Below are positions 17,269-28,267 of a stretch of DNA of 32,000 nucleotides, one piece after another; the first letter of the stretch is position 1; each line of letters starts with the position of its first letter. The notes beneath the pieces are model-generated. The model searched no databases, was not told the origin of the DNA, and saw only the letters and a program-made list of their open reading frames with translations. Source of the stretch: Synechococcus elongatus PCC 6301 (lineage in GTDB: Bacteria > Cyanobacteriota > Cyanobacteriia > Synechococcales > Synechococcaceae); contig NC_006576.1 in assembly GCF_000010065.1 (NCBI RefSeq), positions 480,001-512,000 on the forward strand, read 5' to 3'. The position numbers and the translations under genes are program-made.

Positions 17269-18354
17269 ATGACTTTGACGACCGCGGCTGTTTTGGATGC
17301 CCTGCGTCCGGTAGAAGACCCAGAGCTCCGTCGCAGCTTGGTGGAACTCAACATGATTCGCGATGTAGCGATCGCGGGCGATCAGGTCAGCTTTCGTCTG
17401 GTGTTGACGACACCGGCTTGCCCTTTGCGCGAGCTGATTGTGGCGGACTGCGAGAAGGCTGTGAAAGCGCTGCCGGGCGTCGCAAGTGTCGCGATCGAAG
17501 TGGGGGCCGAAATTCCTCAGCAGCGCAGCTTGCCCGATCGCCAAGGCATTGGTGGCGTCCGCAATATTCTGGCGATCTCCAGCGGTAAAGGCGGCGTTGG
17601 TAAAAGCACCGTTTCGGTCAACACTGCTGTCGCTCTGGCTAAAGCCGGGGCTCGCGTCGGTCTGCTGGATGCGGATATCTATGGCCCGAACACGCCAACA
17701 ATGTTGGGGGTTGCCGATGCCCAACCCAGCGTCAGACCCAGTCCCCAAGGCGACATCCTAGTTCCGATTGAGACCCACGGCATCAAACTCGTCTCGATGG
17801 CCTTTTTGATCGATCCCGATCAGCCGGTGATGTGGCGCGGCCCGATGCTAAACGGCATCATTCGCCAGTTCCTCTATCAAACAGAATGGGGCGAGCTGGA
17901 TTACCTGATCGTCGATATGCCGCCGGGAACAGGTGATGCACAGTTGACCTTGGCGCAGGCGGTGCCTCTGGCCGGTGCGGTGATTGTGACGACCCCTCAG
18001 ACGGTTTCCTTACTGGATTCGCGCAAGGGTCTGCGGATGTTCCAGCAGCTAAAGGTGCCAGTGCTGGGTATTGTCGAGAACATGAGCTATTTCATCCCGC
18101 CCGATCTGCCCGATCGCCGCTACGACATTTTTGGCTCTGGCGGTGGTGAAAAGACGGCGAAAGAGCTGGAAGTCTCTCTACTGGGCGGCATTCCCCTCGA
18201 AATTCCGCTGCGCGAGGGTGGCGATCGCGGGGTGCCGATCGTGGTCAGTCAGCCCGAATCTGCCTCGGCACAAGCCTTAACTGCGATTGCACAAAAAATT
18301 GCGGCGGCAGTTTCAGTTGCGGCCCTTACCCAGGAATTAGGACAAGAAAGCTAA
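17269..18354 (+). CDS. mrp: Mrp/NBP35-type P-loop ATPase (Fe-S cluster carrier)
   Basis: 361 aa. N-terminal MIP18-like domain (VLDALRPVEDPELRRSLVELNMIRDVAI), deviant Walker A SSGKGGVGKSTVSVNTAVALA, 'LLDADIYGPNTPTMLG', 'LDYLIVDMPPGTGDAQLTLAQ'. It lacks an obvious CxxC; 'VENMSYFIPPDLPDRRYDIFGSGGG' occupies the usual position. Confidence 0.93.
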   Translation: MTLTTAAVLDALRPVEDPELRRSLVELNMIRDVAIAGDQVSFRLVLTTPACPLRELIVADCEKAVKALPGVASVAIEVGAEIPQQRSLPDRQGIGGVRNILAISSGKGGVGKSTVSVNTAVALAKAGARVGLLDADIYGPNTPTMLGVADAQPSVRPSPQGDILVPIETHGIKLVSMAFLIDPDQPVMWRGPMLNGIIRQFLYQTEWGELDYLIVDMPPGTGDAQLTLAQAVPLAGAVIVTTPQTVSLLDSRKGLRMFQQLKVPVLGIVENMSYFIPPDLPDRRYDIFGSGGGEKTAKELEVSLLGGIPLEIPLREGGDRGVPIVVSQPESASAQALTAIAQKIAAAVSVAALTQELGQES

Positions 18355-18385
18355 CCTGCCTTAAGGTTCGGTTCTGAGGACATCC

Positions 18386-19651
18386 ATGCTGGCTCGTGGC
18401 TTGCGGTTTGGGCAGTGGCGTCAAAAGTTTGCCTTCCTTGATGCCTGGAAGGGCATGGATCGCTGGCTGCTGTTCATTCCGATTGCCCTGACCCTGTTGG
18501 GCGGCTTGCTGATCCGCAGCACTCAAGCCAACCAAAACTTCGCCGATTGGTGGCAGCACTGGATTACCGGGGCAGTGGGGGTAGGACTGGCGCTGGCGAT
18601 CGCTCGCTGGCGCTATGACAACTGGCTGAAGCTGCAATGGTGGCTCTATGGGGTCACCTGTCTCTCACTGATTGCGGTGCGTTTTGTCGGCACCACAGCC
18701 CTAGGGGCTGAACGCTGGATCAGCATTGGCGGCTTTAACATCCAGCCCTCGGAATTTGCCAAACCGCTGATGATTGTAGTGCTGGCAGCCATTCTGAGCC
18801 GTGAAACGGCCGATCGCTTGCCGGGGCTGATCAAAGCGATCGCGATTATGTCGGTGCCTTGGCTACTGATCTTCCTGCAGCCCAACCTCGGAACTTCACT
18901 GATCTTTGGAGCGATCGTGTTTGGCATGCTCTATTGGGCCAATGCCAAACCGGGCTGGCTATTGCTGATGCTCTCGCCCTTGCCCTCAGCCATCTTGTTT
19001 GAGGCGCTGCCTTGGGCCTGGCCCGTCTGGCTGGCGATCGTGACTTCCGTTGGCTGGAAGAGTTTTGCGTGGCGCTGGCGCGGTGCGATTGGAGCACTGC
19101 TGACCAATGTGGCCAGTGGTGTGGTGGCGGGTTGGGCTTGGCAAAACCTTCTGCAGGACTACCAAAAAGACCGCCTGATTCTCTTCCTCGATCCCAATAA
19201 AGATCCACTGGGTGGGGGCTACAACCTGATCCAAGCCCGGATCGCGATCGGGGCCGGAGGAATTTGGGGCCAAGGGCTCAATCAAGGTACTCAGACGCAG
19301 CTGCGCTTTATTCCCGAGCAGCACACAGACTTCATTTTTTCGGCTGTGGGCGAAGAGTTGGGGTTTGTCGGCTCGATCGCCGTCATCCTGCTGTTTTGGC
19401 TAGTTTGCTGGCGGCTGATTGCGATCGCCACCAGTGCCCGCGATAACTTTGGTTCGTTGTTGGCGATCGGCGTTTTGTCGATGCTGGTTTTTCAGATCGT
19501 GATCAACATTGCCATGACAATTGGCCTTGGCCCCGTCACCGGGATTCCCTTGCATTGGCTCAGTTATGGACGATCGGCCCTACTGGCTAATTTCATTGCG
19601 ATCGGAATTGTCGAATCGGTCTGGCGCTTTCGGCAGATCAGCCGCTACTGA
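18386..19651 (+). CDS. rodA: RodA/FtsW-family SEDS protein
   Basis: 421 aa polytopic. 'ILSRETADRLPG', 'LLIFLQPNLGTSLIFGAI', 'YQKDRLILFLDPNKDPLGGGYNLIQARIAIGAGGIWGQGLNQGTQTQLRFIPEQHTDFIFSAVGEELGFVG' are signature SEDS/RodA segments. Confidence 0.93.
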   Translation: MLARGLRFGQWRQKFAFLDAWKGMDRWLLFIPIALTLLGGLLIRSTQANQNFADWWQHWITGAVGVGLALAIARWRYDNWLKLQWWLYGVTCLSLIAVRFVGTTALGAERWISIGGFNIQPSEFAKPLMIVVLAAILSRETADRLPGLIKAIAIMSVPWLLIFLQPNLGTSLIFGAIVFGMLYWANAKPGWLLLMLSPLPSAILFEALPWAWPVWLAIVTSVGWKSFAWRWRGAIGALLTNVASGVVAGWAWQNLLQDYQKDRLILFLDPNKDPLGGGYNLIQARIAIGAGGIWGQGLNQGTQTQLRFIPEQHTDFIFSAVGEELGFVGSIAVILLFWLVCWRLIAIATSARDNFGSLLAIGVLSMLVFQIVINIAMTIGLGPVTGIPLHWLSYGRSALLANFIAIGIVESVWRFRQISRY

Positions 19652-19748
19652 ACGTCAAACGGGTTGCGATCGCCTTTCCTTAAGGAGCATCTGTCCTCCA
19701 TCGCAAGCGCGATCGCCCGTAGGATGACGACAGCCTCGCTGGTTCAAA

Positions 19749-20480
19749 ATGCGCTGCCTAGTTTTCCCTTCGCCTGCTGACGTGATTCAAGCGGTCGCCG
19801 ATCGCATTGCCGATCGCCTGCAAGCCCAACCCGATCTGTGCTTGGGGCTGGCTACTGGCCGCACTATGGTGCCCCTCTATGCGGAGCTGCTGGGCCGCTC
19901 CCTCAACTGGCAGCATTGCCGCATCTTTGCCCTAGATGAATATTGGGGTTTGGCGACCGATCATCCCAGCTCTTTTGCGGCGGAACTGCGACAGCGTTTC
20001 TGTCAGCCTGCCGGTTTGCGACCTGAACAAGTTCAGTTTCTGAACGGAGCAGCCTTAGATCCCGCCCAGGAATCGCAGCGCTACCGCCGTTGCCTAAAAC
20101 AGGCCGGTGGCTTGGATCTGCAACTGCTAGGCCTAGGGGAAAACGGTCATCTCGCCTTCAATGAACCGGGTAGTGCTCGCGAGAGTCGCGTGCGCTTGGT
20201 TCAACTGAGCGATCGCACGCGCCAGCAAAATGCAGGAGCTTTCGGGGGCGATCCGGAGGCTGTCCCCAGCGCCGCTCTGAGTTTGGGGTTGGCAGACATC
20301 CTGGAAGCTCGGGAATTGCTATGGCTAGTAACCGGAGCTAGCAAGACCAAAATTTTGGCGCAAGCCTTACAGCCACCCCCAACAACGGCCATTCCTGCCT
20401 CTTACCTCCAAGAGCACCCCGCCACAACGCTCTATGCCGATCACGCTGCGGCAGCAGCATTGACAGTGGATCAATCTTGA
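19749..20480 (+). CDS. nagB: Glucosamine-6-phosphate deaminase/isomerase
   Basis: 243 aa. 'LCLGLATGRTMVPLYAELL', 'IFALDEYWGLATDHPSSFAAELRQRF', 'LQLLGLGENGHLAFNEPG', 'RESRVRLVQLSDRTRQQNA'. Confidence 0.92.
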   Translation: MRCLVFPSPADVIQAVADRIADRLQAQPDLCLGLATGRTMVPLYAELLGRSLNWQHCRIFALDEYWGLATDHPSSFAAELRQRFCQPAGLRPEQVQFLNGAALDPAQESQRYRRCLKQAGGLDLQLLGLGENGHLAFNEPGSARESRVRLVQLSDRTRQQNAGAFGGDPEAVPSAALSLGLADILEARELLWLVTGASKTKILAQALQPPPTTAIPASYLQEHPATTLYADHAAAAALTVDQS

Positions 20481-20544
20481 GCAAGTGTTCTCAGGACAAC
20501 GCGTCCAGCATGGCTGATGAGTTGATTGCTTTCCGAGGCAATCA

Positions 20545-20973
20545 TCAACAGTGGCTCTCAGCTTCAGGGGCGATCGCGGCCGGTCGCGAGGGAGGTTCAA
20601 CTGTGGCCGTTGGGGCCGTCAGCGATCGCGAGTGCCACCAAGCCTGTTGCTCAGGGCTGAGCTTTACTGAGTAAAAAGTGATCACCACCGGCTGACTTTG
20701 GTGCCCGGGCTCCAAGATCTCGACGGCGTAGGAGGGCGATCGCCGGGTCGCTAAGTCCACCACAAACCGGCGACCCACGCGCCGCCAGCTCGGCTCCTTG
20801 CCGCGCCACTGCAACCGACAACAAGGCCAAGGCAGCTCTTCGCGATCGAAGAGACGGCAGCAAGGGCCGATGATTCGGTAGCTGTAATGCCCACCGGGGC
20901 TGGCAATCACAGCGTGGCTGGGAAGCGGATGTGCCGCCGCTGCCCGATAGGAGCCGAAATCCAGCGGATCCAT
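20545..20973 (-). CDS. Hypothetical protein
   Basis: 142 aa ORF, 11 bp downstream of the htrA-like gene on the same strand, with core 'ASPGGHYSYRIIGPCCRLFDREELPWPCCRLQWRGKEPSWRRVGRRFVVDLATRRSPSYAVEILE'. No family recognised. Confidence 0.5.
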   Translation of the reverse strand: MDPLDFGSYRAAAAHPLPSHAVIASPGGHYSYRIIGPCCRLFDREELPWPCCRLQWRGKEPSWRRVGRRFVVDLATRRSPSYAVEILEPGHQSQPVVITFYSVKLSPEQQAWWHSRSLTAPTATVEPPSRPAAIAPEAESHC

Positions 20974-20984
20974 GCTGACTGTCC

Positions 20985-22142
20985 CTAGCCCTGTTGCTGG
21001 GGAATTTCAGCCAGCTGAACCGTCACCTGCCGCTTCTGTTGCTGACGGAGCAGTTCCAGAGCCAAGCGATCGCCCACCTTTTTCTTCTCCACGGCTGTCT
21101 GGAGATCCGAAGCTGAGCGGATAGGCTGACCTTCTGCCGCCGTAATCACGTCCCCTCGACGGATCCCGGCTGCCGCCGCTGGAGAGTTGGGCAAGACTTG
21201 GACAATTAAGGCACCGTCAGTTTCCGGCAGATCAATGCTGGCGTTGGGATTACGGTTATTCTCGCGCGCAATTTCCGGGGTCAGCGGCAGCATCTGAACA
21301 CCCAAGAGCGGGTGGGAGGCTTTGCCAGTCTGAATAATTTGATCTGCAATGCGGCGGGCCGTGTTGATCGGTACCGCGAAGCCAATTCCCTGACCGTCGG
21401 CACGAATCGCGGTGTTAATGCCAATCACTTCGCCAGCAGCATTCAAGAGGGGACCGCCAGAGTTGCCTGGGTTGATCGCAGCATCGGTCTGAATGAAGCC
21501 AACCCGTTTGTCGGGAATCCCAACTTCTGAACTCGAACGCCCAGTGGCGCTAATAATGCCCACCGTCACGGTGTTGTCGAGACCGAGGGGATTACCGATC
21601 GCGATTGCCCATTCGCCAGGACGGAGGTTATCGGAATTGCCAATGCGGACGGTCGGTAAATCCTTGGCATCAATTTTGACGACGGCCACATCCGTAACCG
21701 GGTCAGCACCTAGGACTTGGCCATCGTAGGTTCGGCCGTCTTTGAGCCGCACTTGAACGCGATCGGCTCCTTCCACAACGTGGGCATTGGTCATCAGCAG
21801 ACCATTACTATCAAAGATGAAGCCAGAACCGGAACCCCGCTCGACGCGATTGCCACCCGCCGGCGGGCCGCCAAACAAGCCGCCGAAGGGATCGCCATTG
21901 CTGACACGGCGGGATGCATTGATCCGAACCACGGCAGCGCCATCCCGCTCGACAGCCGCCACAATGAAGTTGGCGTTTTCAGGCAAGGGTAACGGGGGCC
22001 GATTGGGTGATGCTGCTTCGCTGCGATTTACCGCTAGTGGATTGGGAGGCGTAGGCAACTGTGCCACCTGTGAACAGCCCCCTAAGCCCAGCAGCACTAG
22101 GCTGCCGAGCCCCAAGGTTCGTTTGAAGAAGCTGTCAGTCAT
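20985..22142 (-). CDS. HtrA/Deg-family serine protease with PDZ domain
   Basis: Catalytic elements: 'LLMTNAHVVEGADRV' (His), 'DPVTDVAVVKID' (Asp), 'TDAAINPGNSGGPLLN' (Ser). C-terminal PDZ 'LPNSPAAAAGIRRGDVITAAEGQPI'. N-terminal lipoprotein-like 'LVLLGLGGCSQ'. The start is set at ATG 22142 (MTDSFFKRTLG) rather than the ORF-track 22265. Confidence 0.94.
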   Translation of the reverse strand: MTDSFFKRTLGLGSLVLLGLGGCSQVAQLPTPPNPLAVNRSEAASPNRPPLPLPENANFIVAAVERDGAAVVRINASRRVSNGDPFGGLFGGPPAGGNRVERGSGSGFIFDSNGLLMTNAHVVEGADRVQVRLKDGRTYDGQVLGADPVTDVAVVKIDAKDLPTVRIGNSDNLRPGEWAIAIGNPLGLDNTVTVGIISATGRSSSEVGIPDKRVGFIQTDAAINPGNSGGPLLNAAGEVIGINTAIRADGQGIGFAVPINTARRIADQIIQTGKASHPLLGVQMLPLTPEIARENNRNPNASIDLPETDGALIVQVLPNSPAAAAGIRRGDVITAAEGQPIRSASDLQTAVEKKKVGDRLALELLRQQQKRQVTVQLAEIPQQQG

Positions 22143-22311
22143 GAAGCGACCCGTGGCCGGGGGAAATGCTGAATTTATTCTAGGTCTGGCCTTCAGACGG
22201 TAATGCAGCGCTTGGTACGGCTTTCCGTCCTGTCTGCTTTGGCAATCGCTGATGCGACGCGGCAAAAAGGTTGGGGGTATAGTATTGATTCCCTATTCAG
22301 CTGCGATCGCT

Positions 22312-23700
22312 GTGGAACAGTCCCTAGAACACCTCTGGGAACAAATTCTGGAACGCTTGCAGCACCAGCTGAGCCGGCCGACCTTTGAAACTTGGATTAA
22401 AACGGCGACGGCAGAAGCATTCGACGGCAAAGTGCTGCGTCTCAGTACGCCCAACCCGTTTGCGCGCAACTGGTTGCAGAAATACTATCTGCGCACGATC
22501 GCCGATGTTGCCGCTGAAATTCTCGGCCATGGCATTGAACTGCAGATTGGCGTCCTTAGTGACACCAGCGCTGAACCAGAAAGTGGTGCAGAGCTCTGGC
22601 CGGCCATCAGTCCACCCCCAGCCGTTGAAGTCGTCAAACCACCGACGACAACAGCGGGACGTCCGCCCCTGCGCAGCAGCGACCTCAACCCGAAGTACGT
22701 TTTTAGTCGCTTCGTGGTGGGAGCCTACAACCGCATGGCCCATGCGGCATCCTTGGCGATCGCTGAATATCCAGGCCGCGAATACAATCCACTATTTCTC
22801 TGTGGCGGGGTGGGGCTGGGCAAAACCCATCTGATGCAGGCGATCGGGCACTACCGCTTGGAAATTGACCCAGATGCCAAGATTTTTTACGTTTCTACCG
22901 AGCAATTTACGAATGATTTGATCGCTGCGATTCGCCGCGACAGCATGCAGAGCTTCCGCGAACATTACCGCGCAGCCGATGTGATTATGGTCGATGACAT
23001 TCAGTTTATTGAAGGCAAAGAATATACCCAAGAAGAATTCTTCTATACCTTTAATTCCCTGCATGAAGCGGGCAAGCAAATTGTGTTGGCTTCCGATCGC
23101 CCACCCAGCCAAATTCCGCGTTTGCAGGAACGTCTGATTTCTCGCTTCTCGATGGGCTTGATTGCGGATATTCAGCCCCCCGACTTTGAGACACGCGTTG
23201 CCATTCTCCAGAAGAAATCAGAATTTGAAAATATGCCCCTCCCCCGCGATGTGATTGAGTACATCGCAGCCCGCTACACCTCCAACATCCGTGAGCTCGA
23301 GGGCGCTCTGACGCGGGCCGTTGCCTATGCTTCAATTTCAGGCCTAGCCCTGACCTTGGCGAATATAGCCCCCGTTCTCACACCGCCAACGGAAAAAATG
23401 GAGCTCTCGCCTGAGATGATTCTCCAAACCGTTGCAGAAACCTTTGATGTCTCAATCGAAGATCTCCGCGGTAACTCCCGACGACGGGAAGTCAGCTTAG
23501 CTCGTCAGGTCGGCATGTACTTAATGCGTCAGCATACGGACTTAAGTCTGCCGAAAATTGGCGAACAATTTGGCGGGAAAGATCACACGACGGTGATGTA
23601 CAGCTGCGAAAAAATTGGCCAGCTTCGCCAGTCCGATCCCCAGATGGGAAAACAGTTGCAAGAAATCAACGATCAGCTGTTTGTAGCTAGCCGCGGTTAG
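22312..23700 (+). CDS. dnaA: Chromosomal replication initiator protein DnaA
   Basis: '[22 protein letters not shown]', '[42 protein letters not shown]', '[18 protein letters not shown]', '[23 protein letters not shown]...[20 protein letters not shown]'. The likely start is GTG 22312 ([13 protein letters not shown]); the ORF track starts at 22252. Confidence 0.97.
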   Translation: MEQSLEHLWEQILERLQHQLSRPTFETWIKTATAEAFDGKVLRLSTPNPFARNWLQKYYLRTIADVAAEILGHGIELQIGVLSDTSAEPESGAELWPAISPPPAVEVVKPPTTTAGRPPLRSSDLNPKYVFSRFVVGAYNRMAHAASLAIAEYPGREYNPLFLCGGVGLGKTHLMQAIGHYRLEIDPDAKIFYVSTEQFTNDLIAAIRRDSMQSFREHYRAADVIMVDDIQFIEGKEYTQEEFFYTFNSLHEAGKQIVLASDRPPSQIPRLQERLISRFSMGLIADIQPPDFETRVAILQKKSEFENMPLPRDVIEYIAARYTSNIRELEGALTRAVAYASISGLALTLANIAPVLTPPTEKMELSPEMILQTVAETFDVSIEDLRGNSRRREVSLARQVGMYLMRQHTDLSLPKIGEQFGGKDHTTVMYSCEKIGQLRQSDPQMGKQLQEINDQLFVASRG

Positions 23701-23840
23701 AAGCCACGGCCACCCCCTTTGCTCTTCTGCCGCAGCCCTCAAAGCTTGCTCTAGATTGCAGACTGTTTCACTCTGGTCCGCAGCTTTTAGGAGCGATCGC
23801 CGCCTGCGATAGGGTGGGGAACGGAGTGCTGTGAACCCCC

Positions 23841-24542
23841 ATGAGTGTGCTGGCTCCCGATGCGGTGGAAGGGCTATTCGATCAGATTGCGCCGATTTAC
23901 GACAATCTGAATGATCAGCTCAGCTTTGGCCTGCATCGCCTCTGGAAGCGCATGGCCGTCAAATGGTCTGCCGCAAAACCCGGCGATCGCGTTTTGGATC
24001 TCTGCTGCGGCAGTGGCGATCTGGCTTTTTTGCTAGCAAAAGTAGTCGGGAGCAAGGGGCAAGTCATTGGTTTCGATCGCTCGCAGGCGCTTCTGTCTGT
24101 TGCAGGCGATCGCGCTCGCCAGCTTGCTAGCGCACTGGTGATCGACTGGCAGCGGGGCGATGCCCTCGACCTACCTTTTCCAGATGATCACTTTGATGCA
24201 GCGACCTTAGGCTATGGCCTGCGCAATGTACCGGATATCCCTACGGTTTTGCGGCAGTTGCAACGGGTGTTGAAGCCGGGGGCTAGGGCAGCGATCCTCG
24301 ATATGCACCGCCCCTACTCACCGCTGTTACGGCAGTTTCAGCAGGTTTATCTTGATCGCTGGGTTGTACCGGCTGCCGCCGCCCAAAACTGTGCTGCTGA
24401 GTACGAGTACATCGATGCCAGCCTAGAGGCATTTCCCCAGGGTCAGCAGCAGGTGGCATTAGCGATCGCAGCGGGTTTTCAGCGGGCCAAGCACTACGAA
24501 CTGGCAGCAGGGCTGATGGGTGTGTTGGTGGTTGAGGCGTAA
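23841..24542 (+). CDS. menG: UbiE/MenG-family demethyl(napthto/phyllo)quinone methyltransferase
   Basis: 233 aa. 'VEGLFDQIAPIYDNLNDQLSFGLHRLWKRMAVKWS', 'GDRVLDLCCGSGDLAFLLAK', 'DATLGYGLRNVPDIPTVLRQLQRVLKPGARAAILD'. Confidence 0.9.
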   Translation: MSVLAPDAVEGLFDQIAPIYDNLNDQLSFGLHRLWKRMAVKWSAAKPGDRVLDLCCGSGDLAFLLAKVVGSKGQVIGFDRSQALLSVAGDRARQLASALVIDWQRGDALDLPFPDDHFDAATLGYGLRNVPDIPTVLRQLQRVLKPGARAAILDMHRPYSPLLRQFQQVYLDRWVVPAAAAQNCAAEYEYIDASLEAFPQGQQQVALAIAAGFQRAKHYELAAGLMGVLVVEA

Positions 24543-24544
24543 TT

Positions 24545-25783
24545 TTGGACGGGCGCACCCTCGGTTTATGGCTGTTACCACCAGTCGTTGGCGGGATTAT
24601 TGGCTACTTCACCAACGATCTCGCGATTCGCATGTTGTTTCGGCCCTATCGCCCAGTCGTGATCGGGGGCTGGCAGCTGCCGTTTACACCGGGACTGATT
24701 CCAGCCAACCAAGGGCGATTAGCAAGGCGGATTGCCGACGCCATTTTGGGATCGCTGCTGACCCCTGATGCGCTCCATGATCTGGCGCGCCGCCTCCTAG
24801 AACTGCCGCGCTTGGAAGCGGCGATCGCCTGGTTAGTCAGCTTGTTACTAGAGCGCCTGCGCGAGGTTCGAGATCCCCGCAGCATTGAGGTGGCTGCTGA
24901 TGTATTGCGCGACTTGGCGGGCAGTGCCCTACCCCGCTGGCTACGGGCGATCGTTCGCCAGCGCCAAGGGTTAGACGCCCAGATCGATCGTTGGTTTGAA
25001 CAGCAGCTCCTCAGCCAGAAACTGGGCCCTTTGCAGGCACAACAGCTGGGCGACTGGTTACTAGAGGGCGCATTTCCACCCGATCAGATTCGGCGGGTCA
25101 TGCTGGACTTTCTCACCGACGACAACATCCGCAATCTCGATCGCATCGTTCGCGATCGCACCCGGGGCACCGACTGGGTGATCGCCAATTTGTTTGGGGT
25201 GCAGTCTAGCTTGCAGCGACTGCGCCAGTTTCTGCGTGAGCAACCCGAAGCAGGCGACGCGGTAATTGCCGAACTCAGTCAACGGTTGGCCCTGCGCCAA
25301 CAGCTCAGCCAAGCCCTGCAAACCTTTCAGCTGACCGATTTGCCTCAGACGACCCTCACCGATCTCCGTCTTCAACTGCGTCAGGGACTGCGCCAATGGC
25401 TGGATCAGGATGGCCTGTCGCTACTAGAAGGGGCACTGGGCGGTCTCGATTGGACCGCAGCGGCGCGGGCCTTGCTCGATCGCTTGCGGACAGCAGTGAT
25501 CAGTGACGAGGCGATCGCCGCCTTTAGACACGAAGTGGCGCTGATCCTCGACCAGCGGCTGGAGCATGAATTGGAAGATTTAGTTGCTGCCGCCCTGCCC
25601 ATTTTGGCCTTGGAAGACCTGATTATCGGTCGCGTTGAGGCGACGCCGGCAGCCGATCTGGAAGCGGCAATTCAAGGGATTGTTCGCAGTGAGTTGCAGG
25701 CGATCGTCAATATTGGCGGCGTTTTGGGGGTACTGCTGGGCTGCGTGCAAAGCCTGATCAACGTTTGGTCTTTAAGCACCTAG
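24545..25783 (+). CDS. DUF445-family membrane-anchored protein
   Basis: 412 aa from TTG. N-terminal 'LLPPVVGGIIGYFTNDLAIRMLFRPYRPVVIGGWQLPFTPGLIPANQGRLARRIADAI' and C-terminal 'IVRSELQAIVNIGGVLGVLLGCVQSLI' are typical of the family. Confidence 0.85.
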   Translation: MDGRTLGLWLLPPVVGGIIGYFTNDLAIRMLFRPYRPVVIGGWQLPFTPGLIPANQGRLARRIADAILGSLLTPDALHDLARRLLELPRLEAAIAWLVSLLLERLREVRDPRSIEVAADVLRDLAGSALPRWLRAIVRQRQGLDAQIDRWFEQQLLSQKLGPLQAQQLGDWLLEGAFPPDQIRRVMLDFLTDDNIRNLDRIVRDRTRGTDWVIANLFGVQSSLQRLRQFLREQPEAGDAVIAELSQRLALRQQLSQALQTFQLTDLPQTTLTDLRLQLRQGLRQWLDQDGLSLLEGALGGLDWTAAARALLDRLRTAVISDEAIAAFRHEVALILDQRLEHELEDLVAAALPILALEDLIIGRVEATPAADLEAAIQGIVRSELQAIVNIGGVLGVLLGCVQSLINVWSLST

Positions 25784-25865
25784 TGTCAGCTTGCAGCTCA
25801 CCAAACCTCTCGTGATCCCGATCAAGGATCAGCAAGGGACCGTCCCAGCCGTCAGCTAAGATTTG

Positions 25866-25955
25866 AGCAGGCTAGGGGTGCTCAACAGGGTTGGGCTGAG
25901 ATTACACCCTTGGAACCTGGCACCGGGTAATACCGGCGGAGGGAAGCTGATCAGA
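25866..25955 (+). promoter_or_regulatory. TPP riboswitch (THI element)
   Basis: 'AGGGGTGCTCAACAGGGTTGGGCTGAGATTACACCCTTGGAACCTGGCACCGGGTAATACCGGCGGAGGGAAGCTGATC' contains the invariant CTGAGA, ACCCTTGGAACCTG, GGGTAATACC and GGAGGGAA blocks. It lies about 125 nt upstream of thiC. Confidence 0.97.
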
Positions 25956-26024
25956 ATGATTCCATCGCGATCGCGTGGCAACAGGCGATCGAGGGTCTTC
26001 TCCTCGAAAATCGGGTACTCCTAG

Positions 26025-27449
<1,425 letters not shown>

Positions 27450-27483
27450 GTTCTCGAGCTCTCTTAAGCTGAATTAGAATTGA

Positions 27484-27521
27484 GCGATCGCTCCTCTAGT
27501 GGCACTGGGGGAGCGATTTCT
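27484..27521 (+). terminator. Putative terminator after thiC containing a HIP1 copy in its 5' arm
   Basis: ATCGCTCC (27487-27494) pairs with GGAGCGAT (27510-27517), followed by a weak TTTCTT tract. Confidence 0.45.
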
Positions 27522-27524
27522 TGA

Positions 27525-27950
27525 TCACCGCGAACGCGGCGTTTGTCGGCATTGCTTGAGGATGCGCTGATCGTTGTCACTGAGACGCTTGAGGTCGTAA
27601 AAGCCCGCCAGTTGGGGCGGTTGGTTGGGCTCCGTGGCGGCCGCAGCGATCGGAATGCTGAAACGGTACTCTTGCCCATCAAAACTGTCGGCAATAGTCA
27701 GCACCAGTTGGCGATCGCGGATGGTGCCCTGAAAACAGTCAAAGGAGGAATAGGGCATGTAGATTGCACCTTCCAAACGGTTGCCCGCTGCGGCAAAGAC
27801 AAGATAGGTTTTGCCAATTTCATCACGGGTTTTGGCTTCGCCGTAGAGATAGGCTCCATCCCCCCAGGCAACCTGCGATAGTCCAGCAGTAACCCAGATT
27901 CCCAAGCTGCCGAGAATTGCTGCACCCAGACTGTAGCTTAGGCTGCGCAT
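27525..27950 (-). CDS. Hypothetical exported protein
   Basis: The preferred start is ATG at 27950 (MRSLSYSLGAAILGSLGIWVTAGLSQVAWGDGAYLYGEAKTRDEIGKTYLVFAAAGNRLEGAIYMPYSSFDCFQG...), with signal-peptide-like N-terminus. The motif 'YLVFAAAGNRLEGAIYMPYSSFDCF' looks conserved but I cannot name the family. Confidence 0.7.
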   Translation of the reverse strand: MRSLSYSLGAAILGSLGIWVTAGLSQVAWGDGAYLYGEAKTRDEIGKTYLVFAAAGNRLEGAIYMPYSSFDCFQGTIRDRQLVLTIADSFDGQEYRFSIPIAAAATEPNQPPQLAGFYDLKRLSDNDQRILKQCRQTPRSR

Positions 27951-28267
27951 ATCACTTCCTCCTCCTATCCCCAAGGTAGGTGGGGGATCAGCGCCTGAAT
28001 CCAAAGAATAGTTAAAGCCTGGTGATCACTATCGGGATAAACTGCTGGCTTGCACCTGTTGAAAGCTGATTCGGCGGCTGGGGATAGTCGCGATCGCAGA
28101 GGGCCTCTAGCGTGCTTGGAACTGGAGTAGTCGTGCTACTGGCCTTTAGCCAGTCTAGGGCGTGACTTGAATGCCTAACAGGAATTCTGATTAGCCTCTA
28201 TCTAACTGGGTAACTGAGAACCACGGAGTAGGATCAACCGTGATCTCTGAGAAAGCGGGGCTCTTGC

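Noticed and set aside
20545-22142. A new defence or toxin-antitoxin system around the htrA-like gene and its small neighbour
   Set aside because: There is no toxin, antitoxin, nuclease or phage-related motif. The protease is a standard housekeeping-type Deg/HtrA.
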